Shown here one piece after another: positions 23,350 to 35,700 of a stretch of 64,000 bases of DNA. Origin of the DNA: Corallochytrium limacisporum Hawaii (Eukaryota > Protista > Pluriformea); assembly GCA_002811645.1 (NCBI GenBank), contig PDIP01000016.1, positions 124,001 through 188,000 on the forward strand, written 5' to 3'. Numbering within the stretch: the stretch's first letter is position 1; every line of letters starts with the position of its first letter. The notes beneath the pieces were generated by a model, which was not told the origin of the DNA, did no database searches, and saw only the letters and a list, made by a program, of their open reading frames with translations. The translations under genes were made by a program, and so were the position numbers.

Positions 23350-25077
23350 CTACGGCAGTCCCAGTATGTCATATGCCATGTCGTCGTGTAACTTTGCACG
23401 GCGGTGGGGACTGGCACGTTCATCTAGGGGCAAGGTCTGATCCTCTGCTTTCCATTTCTTGGTGGCCGCGGACAAGATAGTCAGGGCATCATCGCTAAAG
23501 TCTAGCATACTGCAATTGATGACTTCGTCAGTGGGGCGGGCGTGTGGCTGACTGAGCAAGCTAGGTGGCAGCAAGTTCGACTCCGTATGGCATTGTTGCC
23601 CTTGGGTTTGGGTGCCCGTAAGCTTAGATTTTGCCTTCTTAGTGTTGGCAACTCCCAATACGTGGTACTCATCCCAAATCTTGTAACTCTTGCATCCTTT
23701 TGCGACTCGCAAGTCATTGTCCATTATCCAAGGCTTGTTGGCACACGACCAGTGCAATATAGAAGCTCCGTCCACCTTATGGTCAAGGCACCTCATGCAG
23801 CCCATGTCAAAGGTGTTCCACTTGTGACTCAAGGGATAGCTCTTTCCTGCGAACATCAGGACAATCGGCGGCATCGTGACCAGGTCCCAGATAAACATTT
23901 TCTTGTGAACACGGTAGAGTTTTTCAATGTGCCGGGTCACGCGATGGTACCGCCAGGCACCCAGGTCAATCAGCATGGTGCCCGGGTTGCTGGGACATTT
24001 TGTGGCTACCTCCCAGAAAGCATCCGATACTGGGGTGCCCCAGAAGTTTCGTTTGTTGAAGTAGTTATACATGATCGGGGGCCAGCAGCTCGGATGCGCC
24101 TGGCATTTGACCTGCGCCATGCCTACAACCTTCCCGTCAATATCACTGCGGTACATGTCTTCGATATCACCCAGAACCAGGGTGTCTGTGTCCAAATAAA
24201 CGACGCGAGGGATACACATGGGCAGCATACTAGACACGTAGAACCGCGCGAAGTTTAGTGGTGATGCCAAACGTTGTGTTGAGGTCCATCCCATCAACAC
24301 CTTCTCAACGTGGTCCGAAATAAATTCATAAATGTGAAACTTAACGCCCGGGAACAGATTATTGAGGCACCGCATGGATTCGTCAAAGGTCTGCGGGGGG
24401 TCCTCTTCCCCTACCAACCCAAGCTCCGGATTGTGGCACTCAGGAATCTTATTGATCTTCTTCCACGTGAACAGATGGTCCATCGTCACAATGTGGATAA
24501 CTAACCGTTCTTCAGCACATGGATAATTGTAGATCACACTGTTTATGAGGGTGAGCATACCGTCAGTGACGCCCGCATCGCCTGCAACGAGGACGTGCAC
24601 GTAGTCTGGGTCGCACATGCTTTGCAAAGGCATACCGTGGTCAGTACGAACTAATTGTGACCGTTCTTCCGACCAGACATCCTCCGTATATTCAAGACGC
24701 TCCGGCTCACATTCACCGCGATCTAGTCCCGCCATAGTTTCGTGGAGATCATGGACCTTCGGATTGTAGTCGTAAACCTGAGGAGTTGTAATACCTGAGC
24801 ATGCTTCCGTTCGTAGTGTTCCGAATCCCATAAACAGAGCAACGCGATCAAACAACGGAGCCCCCCAGCCGCTCTTGTACACACCGTATTTGGTGCCTGA
24901 CCCGGGCCTGTCGATGGCATTGGCGTAAGAAATCCATAGCGTAGGGAAAACCAATATTACAAAAGCAACAAAAGCTACGCCAAATAAGCGCATTGACAGG
25001 AAGGGACCGCTAGATCTTGCCCGCAGGAGCATGCGCCGCAAACCGAGTGGCAGGAATTCATATTCTTCTATCCCCAT
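23350..25077 (-). CDS. Glycosyltransferase family 8 (GLT8D/GATL-like), type II membrane protein
   Basis: First ATG at 25077. N-terminal TM (LFGVAFVAFVILVFPTLWI), LNFARFY, DxD motif in VVYLDTDTLVLGDI, and ILHWSCANKPW. Confidence 0.85.
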   Translation of the reverse strand: MGIEEYEFLPLGLRRMLLRARSSGPFLSMRLFGVAFVAFVILVFPTLWISYANAIDRPGSGTKYGVYKSGWGAPLFDRVALFMGFGTLRTEACSGITTPQVYDYNPKVHDLHETMAGLDRGECEPERLEYTEDVWSEERSQLVRTDHGMPLQSMCDPDYVHVLVAGDAGVTDGMLTLINSVIYNYPCAEERLVIHIVTMDHLFTWKKINKIPECHNPELGLVGEEDPPQTFDESMRCLNNLFPGVKFHIYEFISDHVEKVLMGWTSTQRLASPLNFARFYVSSMLPMCIPRVVYLDTDTLVLGDIEDMYRSDIDGKVVGMAQVKCQAHPSCWPPIMYNYFNKRNFWGTPVSDAFWEVATKCPSNPGTMLIDLGAWRYHRVTRHIEKLYRVHKKMFIWDLVTMPPIVLMFAGKSYPLSHKWNTFDMGCMRCLDHKVDGASILHWSCANKPWIMDNDLRVAKGCKSYKIWDEYHVLGVANTKKAKSKLTGTQTQGQQCHTESNLLPPSLLSQPHARPTDEVINCSMLDFSDDALTILSAATKKWKAEDQTLPLDERASPHRRAKLHDDMAYDILGLP

Positions 25078-26748
25078 AGTTCTTGAACTATGATCTTCAT
25101 AATTAACAGACGTCCAAGCTACCGACACCCTTTGCACTTGGAGCCGAACATAATTCCTACCCGGCTGTGTGTACGCTCCGTTCTTTCCTACCAGATCGTT
25201 TCGGTTTCCCAGGTTCGTGAATTTTACGTGGGAAATGCTTCATCATCCCTGCAGATTCGTATTCAGCGAGCCTTAAATACACTCACGCTCGACAGCACCG
25301 ATGAGCGTGGGGGGCCCCCGCAAGCTCTCCTGTCCTTGCCGCCAAGCGAAAATCATCACAGTCCGATTTTGGCTCCGTGTGCTTTAAAATCATATTAATC
25401 AAATATGTCAAACTCATGAGTTTGATTCCTATGCAAATGTGACAATTCGACACATGTTGTTGCCAATAATATCCACAGATTGACCAATTTGATTAAAATC
25501 AGTTTCCACTAGTTCGTACGCACCACAAATCCCATTGCTAGTGCACCTTTGTTCCGTTACTCCCTGTAGTAGTTCTATGTACAACACTTTAAAGAGAAAG
25601 TCGTTTACAGTTCTATTCAACGTAGTAGGGTGGAATCATTGACGACACATATCCATGCAAGCGGCATGGTGGCCCCGTTACATCACCGTATGTTCACTAC
25701 TGGCAACCCCCCCTATTTTCCGGGACGTTGGGCCCGCTCTTCCGGGGTCAGTTTTCGGAAATGCGGCCAAAGGTGCACGCTGCGTTCTGCCCAAACGTGC
25801 CACACAGTAACACCGCGGTGTGGAGCGGCCCATTGTTTCAGTACACACGTAAAACCGGATCTGGACGCGAGCGACGCAAGGAAAAAGGAACATTTTTGTG
25901 GGCTCTGTGTGAGAACATGGTCATACCAAAAGTACCAGATTTGCGCAATAGACGGTGAGGGATGAGGTAAAGGGGTCACGACGGGTGCCACCCACACCCT
26001 ACATCCAAATGCGTCGCGTTGGAGAGAGACTTGTGTATTAATTATGTATACATTTAAAGTAACATCTGCGCTATGCGATGGCGACCGGTTGGTCCAAATC
26101 TGTTGGACAGAGGGAGAGAGAGGAAGCGAGAATGGCTGAGGTAGGTCTTGAGGGAAAGGACCAACACCATTGCGAGATATTGTGGTATAGTGAGAAGAAG
26201 AGGAATACCTTCTAAACTAGAATAAATACATTGGCTATGCAAAACACAATGTTCTCAATTATGGTCACTCGTTGTAGGTATGTACATATCGACAAGCCTG
26301 GAATTCCTGGCAGCCCGAAGAGGGGAAATTTTGAGGTTTGCTTCGTACTACAGGGTCATGAATTGCCCGAATTGTCCTCGACTATCCATACACGCACTAC
26401 CAGGTTTGTTCTAATTTGGTGCGCACCGATTGTTGGTCTCGTTGTCGCTTGACTCCCGCCTCCCCAGCTGCCTGCCCTCCCGGTGCAAGCTTCGAGCTCG
26501 CCCAACTCACTAGCCTAAGCGGGCAGCTGCGAACTCTGGGCCCAAAGCTTCTTTGGCCTGGCCTCAACTTCACTTGTGGGCGGCATGGGGGATATTGGGT
26601 GTTCCCAGGAGGTTTTATCTCCCTTTCTCGTTCCCTATGATTTGGCGGTTTAGGGTTTTCCATGGAAGGGATAAATGTGGACAATTTCACTTTTACTTGT
26701 GTCGTTGGGGGTGCCAGAGTTACTGTGATTCGAAGAGACCGGGTGGGG

Positions 26749-26967
26749 NNNNNNNNNNNNNNNNNNNNNNNNNNNNNNNNNNNNNNNNNNNNNNNNNNNN
26801 NNNNNNNNNNNNNNNNNNNNNNNNNNNNNNNNNNNNNNNNNNNNNNNNNNNNNNNNNNNNNNNNNNNNNNNNNNNNNNNNNNNNNNNNNNNNNNNNNNNN
26901 NNNNNNNNNNNNNNNNNNNNNNNNNNNNNNNNNNNNNNNNNNNNNNNNNNNNNNNNNNNNNNNNNNN
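26749..26967. other. Assembly gap flanked by G-tracts
   Basis: Direct observation. Confidence 0.99.
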
Positions 26968-27642
26968 GGGGGGGAAGGGGGGGGGGGAGTGTGGAGCCGG
27001 AGGGCCGGGGGGGCGAATGATGAAGCATTTCTCTTGGGGAAAGGGCATAAATTATAGATGAATCTCAAAAGAACAAAGATTTCCCCGGCGAGTCATTAAA
27101 AAAAAGGAATACGTTCAGTACTGAACGTTCAGAATGGACCGTTCCGGGAGGAGATTGGACACCGCGATGTGCGCAACTTTTAGTTATAGACCGGCACAAA
27201 GGCGACTTGCGAGTCTATGGGCGCTTTGCTGACCGAGACATTCGGACGCAGCTCATTCGTTGGCCTGGTCCCGGACTCGCCCAGTTGCACAGCCAGACTC
27301 TCTCCCTTGCTGCGCACATCAACAGCTCAATGCCACGTTTTCATATGCATGACACGGCGTTCGCGACTCACGAACCCAAAGTGCTTACGGGAAGTTCGTG
27401 TGAGTGTATGGTCTCTTGGGACAATCCATGTCACGATGGAGAGCTATTCGGACCAACTAGCCAGCCACTAGCCAATACCGTGAGCGTGATCTTGTAGAAT
27501 AGTGGAAGTGCACAAGAAGAACAAAAATGAAATAGCAAAGGATACTGGTTTAAAGAACCATTTGGAAAATAGTAACTAAGCAAAAACTTAAAGAACCTTT
27601 CGGACGATAGGAGTAGAGTGCTCGACACAGCCTCTCTCAGCC

Positions 27643-30600
27643 ATGGCAGCTGTGACCTCTGTCATTGCCATCGAGGGCATGACATGCCAAAGTTGCGTGA
27701 AGACCATCAGTAAGACTTTGGAGGATGAAGTCCCAAACAAAATTCAGAGCTTTGTGGTCAGCCTCAAAGAGAACCAGGCAACAGTCCAACACTACCCAGA
27801 AATACTAACGGCCAATGAAATTAGCCAGATCATATACGAACTGGGGTTCGATACAGAGGTCAAAGTAGATGGTGCTATGAACAATGTTCTTACGGACACA
27901 TCTCCGAGCACAGCTACTGCAGTCATTAAAGTAGAGGGTATGACCTGCATGAGCTGTGTAAAGAGCATTATCATGACCCTGAAAGATATGGATGGTGTTA
28001 GCGAATATGACGTCAGCCTAGAACACGAAAGGGCCACCATCAAGTACAAGCCAGCACAAGTCACCGCGGAAAAGCTTGCAGAAGAAATTTATGAAATGGG
28101 GTTTGATACACAGGTAATGGATTCCGGGTTGGGAGACAGCTGTGCTGCTACAACCAGCTCTACCACACCTACAGCGATTACCTTTACCATTGGCATCGAG
28201 GGCATGACCTGCATGAGCTGTGTGAAGAGCATCAGTGCCACCGTCAAGGACCTTCCAGGCATGCTGGATTTTCATGTTGATCTTGCGGGCAAAGCGGGCA
28301 CATTTACAATTGATCCTACCCGGCTGACACAGAAAAAGATTGAGCAAGAGATCTACGACTGTGGCTTTGACATTGTGTCATCAGGACCAGCTTCTCAGAA
28401 TAATGATGCCCCTCCGGACTATACCAGCACGGAATATTTGGACGGCACCAACGACACTGTGGGTCTTCTCAACGGATCGGTAAAGAAGAACGCAGGCAAA
28501 GCCAGTGTGACAGGGTCAGCGGCCACTCCGAGCCATCGTGGCAGTGTAGGGAGCGGCAAGGATAAGGTTCCTGCTGCTGTTACAGTTAACCTGGACAGTG
28601 CAGACAAGTGTGCCATCGGAATCGGTGGCATGACTTGCGCAAGCTGCGTTGCATCCATTGAACGCGAATTGTTAAAGGCTCCTGGCGTGCTTCAGGTCCG
28701 TGTCGCCCTGCTGGCAGAGCGTGGCGAAATCTGGTATGATTCGGCCGTGACCACTCCGCAACAGATCGCAGAAGAGATTCGGGACATTGGTTTCGATGCG
28801 TACGAGCAGGACGTTACCAGTGAGGAGCCCGGTGTTGTGAACCTAACAATCAAGGGGATGACATGCAGCAGTTGTGTGCATCTAATTGAGAGCCAGCTGA
28901 TGAAGAAGAACGGTATGACTGAGGTAAAGGTGGCCTTGCCCACCGAAAAAGCCTTCATTCGCTTTGATCCGAAAGTACTCGGTGCCCGTGACTGCATTGA
29001 TATGATCAATGACCTCGGCTTTGAGGCCTCATTGGCATCTGAGGACGACTCTCACGACCATGCAGCTATGCACAAGGCCGAACTGAACAAGTGGATAATG
29101 CGTCTGGTAGTTTCTGCCATCTTTGCCCTCGTCAACATCTTCCTGCTGTACATTGTGCCCCACGTTGGTAACGGAAAAGAGTTCCTAGAGCATGAACCGA
29201 TCCGGGGCGTTAGCAATGACAACATTCTCGCCTTCCTGGCCTCAACTCCGGTGCAATTCGGCGTCGGCTGGGGCTTCTACGTCTCCGCCTGGAAGAGCCT
29301 GAAGCACGGAAGTCCCAATATGGACATGCTGATCACCCTGGGTACTTCCTCTGCGTATTTCTATTCACTTGCCGTGATCTTTAATGCCATCATCTACGGC
29401 GAGGATGCTCCGCAAACCTTCTTCGAGACTTCGGTCATGCTTTACACTTTCGTCTGCCTTGGTCGCGTGCTCGAGCACATTGCTAAGGCCCGCACTAGCG
29501 ATGCCATCACCAAGTTACTGGATCTGCAGGCCAAGGATGCCGTATTGGTGGAATTAGTCCAAGATTATGCCACCAAGAAAGTGTCCTTGGCTCAGTCCAT
29601 CGTACAAGAGACAGTTATTTACGCCAAGTTGATCCAACACGGTGACTTGCTCAAGATTGTGCCCGGTGCCACAGTTCCCGCCGATGGCACCGTCGTAAAA
29701 GGTACATCTGACGTCGACGAGGCCATGATCACTGGAGAGAGCCTTCCCGTGCATAAGGACGTGGGCGACAGTGTGATTGGAGGCACCATCAATAGGACTG
29801 GTGTCTTCATCATGCGAGCGGATGCGGTCGGATCTGAAACAGCACTTAATCGCATCGTTTCTCTGGTCGAACAGGCACAGACATCCAAAGCACCAATCCA
29901 GCGGATGGCCGACCGTGTCGCGTCCTATTTCACTCCTGCCATCATCTCTCTGTCCCTGCTGACGTTTGTGGTCTGGTACTGTGTGCTGCGCCAAGGCGCA
30001 TTGAACCACCTAGACGCGACTCAATCGAGTCTGAAGAGTAAACTTATGCAGCACGGTGACTGCGAGTTGGCCCTGTTGTTTGGCATCTCTGTGATGGTCA
30101 TTGCCTGCCCGTGCACTCTTGGTCTCGCCACTCCGACCGCTGTTATGGTTGGCTCCGGTCTTGGTGCACGCATGGGCATTCTAATCAAGGGTGGTGAACC
30201 ACTGGAACGCGCCAGCGAGGTTACCGCTGTCGTCTTTGACAAAACCGGTACACTGACTGTCGGCGAGCCAGAGGTTGTCAATCTGCATCGCATGGACCAA
30301 CAGGAACAGAGCAGCGCCGAGAAGAACGAATCGATCACGAAAGTGCCGGTCATGGACGAGAAGTACTTGCTCCGACTGATGTGGACCGCAGAGCATGGTA
30401 GCGAGCATCCGCTCGGTGTGGCCATCGTACGCTTCTGTGAATTCCGACTGTCCGGACGGTCTGTGCATGACGTTCTCGACGAAGAGCACCGCAGTAAACA
30501 ACTCAAGGCCGCATCCAATGAATTCTTACTGCCCATGGCCTCGTTTGAGGCTGTACCTGGCTACGGAGTTGAGGCACTAGTCGATGGACGACAGGTCCTT

Positions 30601-31455
30601 GTCGGTACAACGCGCCTGTTTGCAAAGCACGGAGTCCAGCTGACTGCCGCTGATCTCGCGCACAAGAGGAAGGAAGAAGAAATGGGTCGCACAGTCGTCC
30701 TCATGGCCGTAGCAGGCAAGGCGATCGCTCAGGTCTCGCTGGCTGACAACCTCAAACAGGACGCCATCATGACGGTTCCCGCTCTGCGTTACATGGGCTT
30801 GCGGGTGATTATGTGCACGGGCGACGCCGAGGCAACTGCTGCCTTCCTGGGCCGTTCTATCGCCCTTGACGAGTTTCATGCCGAGTGCCTGCCCTCGGAC
30901 AAGACTGCGCTCATCGAGCGTCTGCAGGAAGAAGGTCACATCGTCGCCTTCGTCGGCGATGGCATCAATGATTCCCCTGCCCTTGCTCGCGCAGATGTGG
31001 GTATTGCAGTCGGTTCCGGTACTGATGTCGCTGTGGAGACAGCGGACGTCGTCCTCATTCGCAACGACCTTTGGGACGTAGTCCTCTGCCTTGATCTGAG
31101 CCGTGCCGTGATGCGTCGCATCCGTATCAACTTCCTGTGGGCGGTTGGATACAACTTGCTGGGCATTCCCATCGCTGCTGGTGCTCTGGCGCCGTGGGGT
31201 GTGATCATGCACCCTGTCTTTGCCTCCCTGGCTATGGCCATGAGCTCAGTCAGTGTTGTGTGCAGCAGCCTGATGCTCAGATTCTACAAACCCAAACGTC
31301 CTGGTGACTTTGATTTCAACTTCTCCCGCGGCGTGGAGAGGCGGGCCTCTGGTCCAGGATGTCTTGCAACCTTACGTTCCATGTTTTCGCGTCGATCCCC
31401 GCGTTACCAAACTCTTGATGCTATTGACGAGGACAACGTAGTTGAGATGCTGTAA
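27643..31455 (+). CDS. ATP7: Copper-transporting P1B-ATPase (ATP7A/B/Ccc2-like) with five metal-binding domains
   Basis: Five GMTCxSC motifs, plus TGES, CPC, DKTGT, SEHPL, GDGIND, YN and MAMSSVSVV. Confidence 0.97.
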   Translation: MAAVTSVIAIEGMTCQSCVKTISKTLEDEVPNKIQSFVVSLKENQATVQHYPEILTANEISQIIYELGFDTEVKVDGAMNNVLTDTSPSTATAVIKVEGMTCMSCVKSIIMTLKDMDGVSEYDVSLEHERATIKYKPAQVTAEKLAEEIYEMGFDTQVMDSGLGDSCAATTSSTTPTAITFTIGIEGMTCMSCVKSISATVKDLPGMLDFHVDLAGKAGTFTIDPTRLTQKKIEQEIYDCGFDIVSSGPASQNNDAPPDYTSTEYLDGTNDTVGLLNGSVKKNAGKASVTGSAATPSHRGSVGSGKDKVPAAVTVNLDSADKCAIGIGGMTCASCVASIERELLKAPGVLQVRVALLAERGEIWYDSAVTTPQQIAEEIRDIGFDAYEQDVTSEEPGVVNLTIKGMTCSSCVHLIESQLMKKNGMTEVKVALPTEKAFIRFDPKVLGARDCIDMINDLGFEASLASEDDSHDHAAMHKAELNKWIMRLVVSAIFALVNIFLLYIVPHVGNGKEFLEHEPIRGVSNDNILAFLASTPVQFGVGWGFYVSAWKSLKHGSPNMDMLITLGTSSAYFYSLAVIFNAIIYGEDAPQTFFETSVMLYTFVCLGRVLEHIAKARTSDAITKLLDLQAKDAVLVELVQDYATKKVSLAQSIVQETVIYAKLIQHGDLLKIVPGATVPADGTVVKGTSDVDEAMITGESLPVHKDVGDSVIGGTINRTGVFIMRADAVGSETALNRIVSLVEQAQTSKAPIQRMADRVASYFTPAIISLSLLTFVVWYCVLRQGALNHLDATQSSLKSKLMQHGDCELALLFGISVMVIACPCTLGLATPTAVMVGSGLGARMGILIKGGEPLERASEVTAVVFDKTGTLTVGEPEVVNLHRMDQQEQSSAEKNESITKVPVMDEKYLLRLMWTAEHGSEHPLGVAIVRFCEFRLSGRSVHDVLDEEHRSKQLKAASNEFLLPMASFEAVPGYGVEALVDGRQVLVGTTRLFAKHGVQLTAADLAHKRKEEEMGRTVVLMAVAGKAIAQVSLADNLKQDAIMTVPALRYMGLRVIMCTGDAEATAAFLGRSIALDEFHAECLPSDKTALIERLQEEGHIVAFVGDGINDSPALARADVGIAVGSGTDVAVETADVVLIRNDLWDVVLCLDLSRAVMRRIRINFLWAVGYNLLGIPIAAGALAPWGVIMHPVFASLAMAMSSVSVVCSSLMLRFYKPKRPGDFDFNFSRGVERRASGPGCLATLRSMFSRRSPRYQTLDAIDEDNVVEML

Positions 31456-31992
31456 ATTCCCCTGTCCGAACCGCCTCATTTTCATGCTGCACCGCAGCAT
31501 CAATTTGATCAAGTCGCTTGTTGAGGACTTGCCTGCACCAAATGTAAAGAAAAGAAACCTTGGCGTAGTCTTGCCATGATATGTAACATGTAGAATACAC
31601 AATTAAGCCAAACAAGGTCATAATTAAACATGGTTCGTTTTCCACTGATCGGTTGTAAGCGGATCCTCACCCGGCCCCCTCATCCCAAGATCGGTGGATT
31701 CGCAAGCCGGAACAGAAACTGATCTATACGAGATCTATACAAACCTACCCTCGTCAAGTAAAAGCCTGCGGACCCGGATATCAATACAACGAAGGAGTCA
31801 ATTCGCAAGGAATCCCCTACCTGGTGAGATTGAAACAACGGAAGGACGTGGGATTTGACACCAAAACGACTTTAACATGGCAAGGTTTAATATGGTAGGT
31901 GACTATGGGTTCCTTGCTGGCTCTGTAAGCCATTACCGCTCTAAAACTAGACGTTGAGTGGTGTTGATTGGTGGAAGTCTGAAGAAGTTCGT

Positions 31993-32721
31993 CTAGTTGT
32001 CGCCCAGCAGAGACGAAGAACCGGCTTCAACCTTCTCGAGGATGGTCTGGTTGGCCAGCAGGAGGAAACCGAAACCGCACTTGGCAATGACGTCCAGAAC
32101 AGCATACAGGATGATCTCAATGTCGACAGAGATGATTTGAGTACCTTCAGCGAGAACCCAGACGATGGGGTACGCAGTCCACAGAGCGACGGTGAGCAGA
32201 GATAGCTGAGAGAACTTATCGCGGACCTCAGCACCGAAGCGCTCAGCCTTGGCAGTCATGCCACCAAAGAGAGACACAACGATCAGACCGAAGAACACAC
32301 AAGAGTAGATGAAGAAGGCCCACTTCTGGTTGCCGTCGATCAGGGCACCAACAACACCGGAAACAATCATAAGAACATCGGCACCAATGAGGAAGATGGT
32401 CTCGTTCCAGTGGACACCCGCGAGCAGGCACAGATCTGCCAGCAGTAGAGGGGTAGTGATGGACCAGTCGATGTAGCGGGCGTAGAGGAACTTGCGCTCG
32501 CCAACCATCGTGCCACCAATGTCAAAGGCCATGGCGAGGTATGCAACAGAGGCGAAACCAGTGATCATGAAGGTCAGGTTGTGGAAGCGGCGCAGCTCAA
32601 CCTCCACGCGCTTACCGATGAGGTAGAAGGAGAAGGTGGACACAGCCATGCAGGCGAATCCAACCCACAGGAACAAAGTTCCAGTCTGAGAAGCGGCTTC
32701 GTGATGATCGTGGTGAGCCAT
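31993..32721 (-). CDS. Type-1 (microbial) rhodopsin, bacteriorhodopsin-like DTD proton pump, copy 1
   Basis: 7-TM pattern. Helix C RYIDWSITTPLLLADL (BR R82/D85/T89/D96), helix F WTAYP, E194 and E204 equivalents (AEG; IEI), helix G LDVIAKCGFG (D212/K216). Confidence 0.95.
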   Translation of the reverse strand: MAHHDHHEAASQTGTLFLWVGFACMAVSTFSFYLIGKRVEVELRRFHNLTFMITGFASVAYLAMAFDIGGTMVGERKFLYARYIDWSITTPLLLADLCLLAGVHWNETIFLIGADVLMIVSGVVGALIDGNQKWAFFIYSCVFFGLIVVSLFGGMTAKAERFGAEVRDKFSQLSLLTVALWTAYPIVWVLAEGTQIISVDIEIILYAVLDVIAKCGFGFLLLANQTILEKVEAGSSSLLGDN

Positions 32722-35700
32722 GTTTGCTGATGAGTGGTTGCGGACTTACACGCTTGGTTTAAGCAGCGGACAGTTTCTTGAGCCTAACCGAACGAACGAA
32801 TCTGACTTCGTTTGCTCATACCGCTCTCAAGCACCTGCATACGTCACACAGAAGAGACATGCCCAAGCATCCGTCCAGGATTGCGCAGACCACAACCTGA
32901 CGGGCAGGCAGCGCACTCCAACCAAAGGGCACACAGCGGTCCCCACCTCCAAGCCCGCCCCACACTCTCTCTCGCCCCCCCTCCCCTGCGAACGACACAA
33001 CACCACCCGGACCCCTCCCCCCCCACTTCCTTTTTTTTTCCCGGACCGCAGGACAAGCGGGTCAGAACCGTCACTGGCCCCACGCCCAAAGTTTTGCCTT
33101 TTCCTTTCTTCGTTTTTGCCGCAGTCCAAAAATCTCTTGGTGGGAGGGGTGGGGGGCTGTCTGGCTGTGCGGAGGAGAGCCATGTCACCGGCCATTGACA
33201 GCTTTGGCCCAAAGCCAGCGACCTTGCTTCTCCTTTTTTTTTTTCATTTTTTGATTTTTTGATTTTTTTCTTTACTTTATTTTTGGGGGATTTGCCCAGT
33301 CATCGGTACCCACCAGGCCAGTCAGTACCCGCAAAAAAAGCCTGGGACGGAAAATAATGGCCCGCCCGGCTAACCGCCCCCTCAAATTTCCTTCCTTTCC
33401 CAATATTTTTTTTAGTATTCTTCAGCGCGGTTGGCCCCGGTGCGCCTTCGGCTGACAAGGGCCACCACCACCCACGGTTCGGCTTTGAAGCCACACTCCA
33501 GCAAAGCCCAGTCCGCCGGAGAACCGCCCTCCAACCAACCAACCCCCCACCACCGAACAAGAACGACCTTTTGCCGTCCCTTGTCGGCACGGCAGTGCAC
33601 CAACCCAACCAAACCAAGCGAGCAAAGCAGCAATGGAGAGCAGAAAACGGAGACCGTGAACTCTAAATAAAACAATCAGGGCATTCCGCAACGGAGGCAT
33701 TCTTGGCTCTGCGGCTTCGAATTCGAATGCGAGTCAACCGCTGGAATGACTGCTGCGGAACATACACACACGCGTCTTGGGTGTGACGGGAATGTACGGA
33801 AGGGTGATGTTGGTGCGTATTCACATCGCAGCCTGGTAATCCGAGCTGGTTTGACTCATCCATCCGTGCAAAGTTTGGGAACCACAGAGAAAAGCGAACA
33901 CAGACACAGCCAACATCCTGGTCACATCCAGCATCTTTCGCCCTCGTCCTGTTCAAAAAGAGTTTCAGCTGCGACATGCGACCATTGTCACCGTCAGTCA
34001 CGCGAATTGATGTTTTGTTTCCCTCTGCGTGTGGGGGAGTCCCAATGCGCACACTTGTCAACACACAGGCACAGATCAGTGTATTCACCTCACAATCTCC
34101 AGCGCAATGTAACAACCGGCTATGCTCCCCAACTCCTCGTCATAGTCAGAACCGTTCTGACTTCGGGGCTTGTGGATCCGAATACGTCGTCTGGTTTTTG
34201 ACAGCTGAACTGTCCTTCATTGTTCATTCATAAACGGTCAAACTCACAATACTTCTCTCCTAGCGATTACTTCTTCGGATCACGCAGATGATCTGGCACC
34301 TGTACGAAATTTTCCACTGCGGCAAGTGTGGAGCACGCTGCAACCGCCGAATCCATGTTACCGTGTTGTTTGTTTGTTGCGGGCCTGTCTTAATATATAC
34401 ATTGTATAACACAATATACCAACCAGACCAGGCAGTCGGGCATGCAAACCCGGCGCTCACGCACACACCACACCCCCCAAATTGACGGCCGAGTGGTTGT
34501 GACCGTTGGGACGGGACGGGTTTTCGTTGGCTCTCCGCTGAGTCACAGACGGGCTTGGACGCATCCGTGCAGAACACCACCGCGGTGGAGCGGCTGGACT
34601 TTCCAGTTGTGAATGTACTGCGCATTTCCGGGTCTTGGGAGAGCGCGGCGTGGAAACCAAAACGCAAAGGAAACGGGCTTCCAAATTATGATCCGTGCGG
34701 GACAGTGGGAGAGAGGGCGCGCTGCAAAACGCGAGGCGGCGGGGTACGGGGATATTGGTCGCGGTGGTATAGAAAAAGACCGGGAAAAATTTAAGCGATC
34801 GAGCGAGAGAGAGACGAGAATTGGAGGGCGGTGGGGCGAGTCATCAATGTGCTCAAGAAAATTAAGGAAACAGATGCAGACGGCCAGTGAGTCATCAGCG
34901 GCCGCAATGGGCTCCCTTGCAATAAGTCAAGAAAATGGCCGTAGCCCGTGTATAGTAAGGTTGTCACGGTCGGTCAAGGGGTAAAGGCTGTCACAGTTGG
35001 TCAAGACGAGGAAAGGATTCGACCGGTTGCGCACTTCTATGCCGGTCCGCTGCTGGACATGCACGGCACATGCTCGGTCGTTCGAACCTTAAAGTCCAAA
35101 TGAAGCAGTGTATTTTTTAAATCATGGAAGCAGCAATGGCAAGCTAGGGGCTGGACGGCTGGCTCGAGATCTTGAGTGTTAATCGCCTTGCCAAATGCAA
35201 AGCGAAGGGGGCGGCTAGGTGGTGGGCACGTGCTGTCAGTGCAAGATCACCAAGCAGTGAATGATGGTGGTCAACCCACAACAAATCAACTTCGTAATGA
35301 AGAGTTTAATCATTCAATGGCTGCTGCGTAAGACGAGATCCACTGTGTGTAGAATGACTCACACATCCACAGAAAAGGCGTTTCCGGCAATTGAGGTTTG
35401 CATGGTAGGGCATCCTCAGGTGTCTTTTGCAGAGTACGTTCCACGTTCAGTGTATACCATGCTCTTCCTTTCTCAAACATGGTGAGCCAAGCTCTCCCAC
35501 TACCTCCCGATGTAAAGATGCTGCTTGCCGTAGGGCAAGATCATCCATTATCGGTGTCAAAGACCATGCATTCGATTGCAAATGAACAAGATGGTGCAAC
35601 GGGTTGTTGTTCCTCTGTAGCGCGCCATCAGGATCTTCCATCATGGTAGGAATATGTCCCATCCGAGGTTGATGCAGAGGGGCTCTTTGTATCCCGTAGT

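Noticed and set aside
27311-27317. Metal-response-element-like TGCGCAC upstream of the Cu-ATPase
   Set aside because: A single 7-mer is expected by chance.
32727-32749. Possible 23-nt GTAAGT...CAG intron in the rhodopsin 1 5' UTR (minus strand)
   Set aside because: It is very short, there are no other introns in the window to calibrate against, and it needs cDNA evidence.
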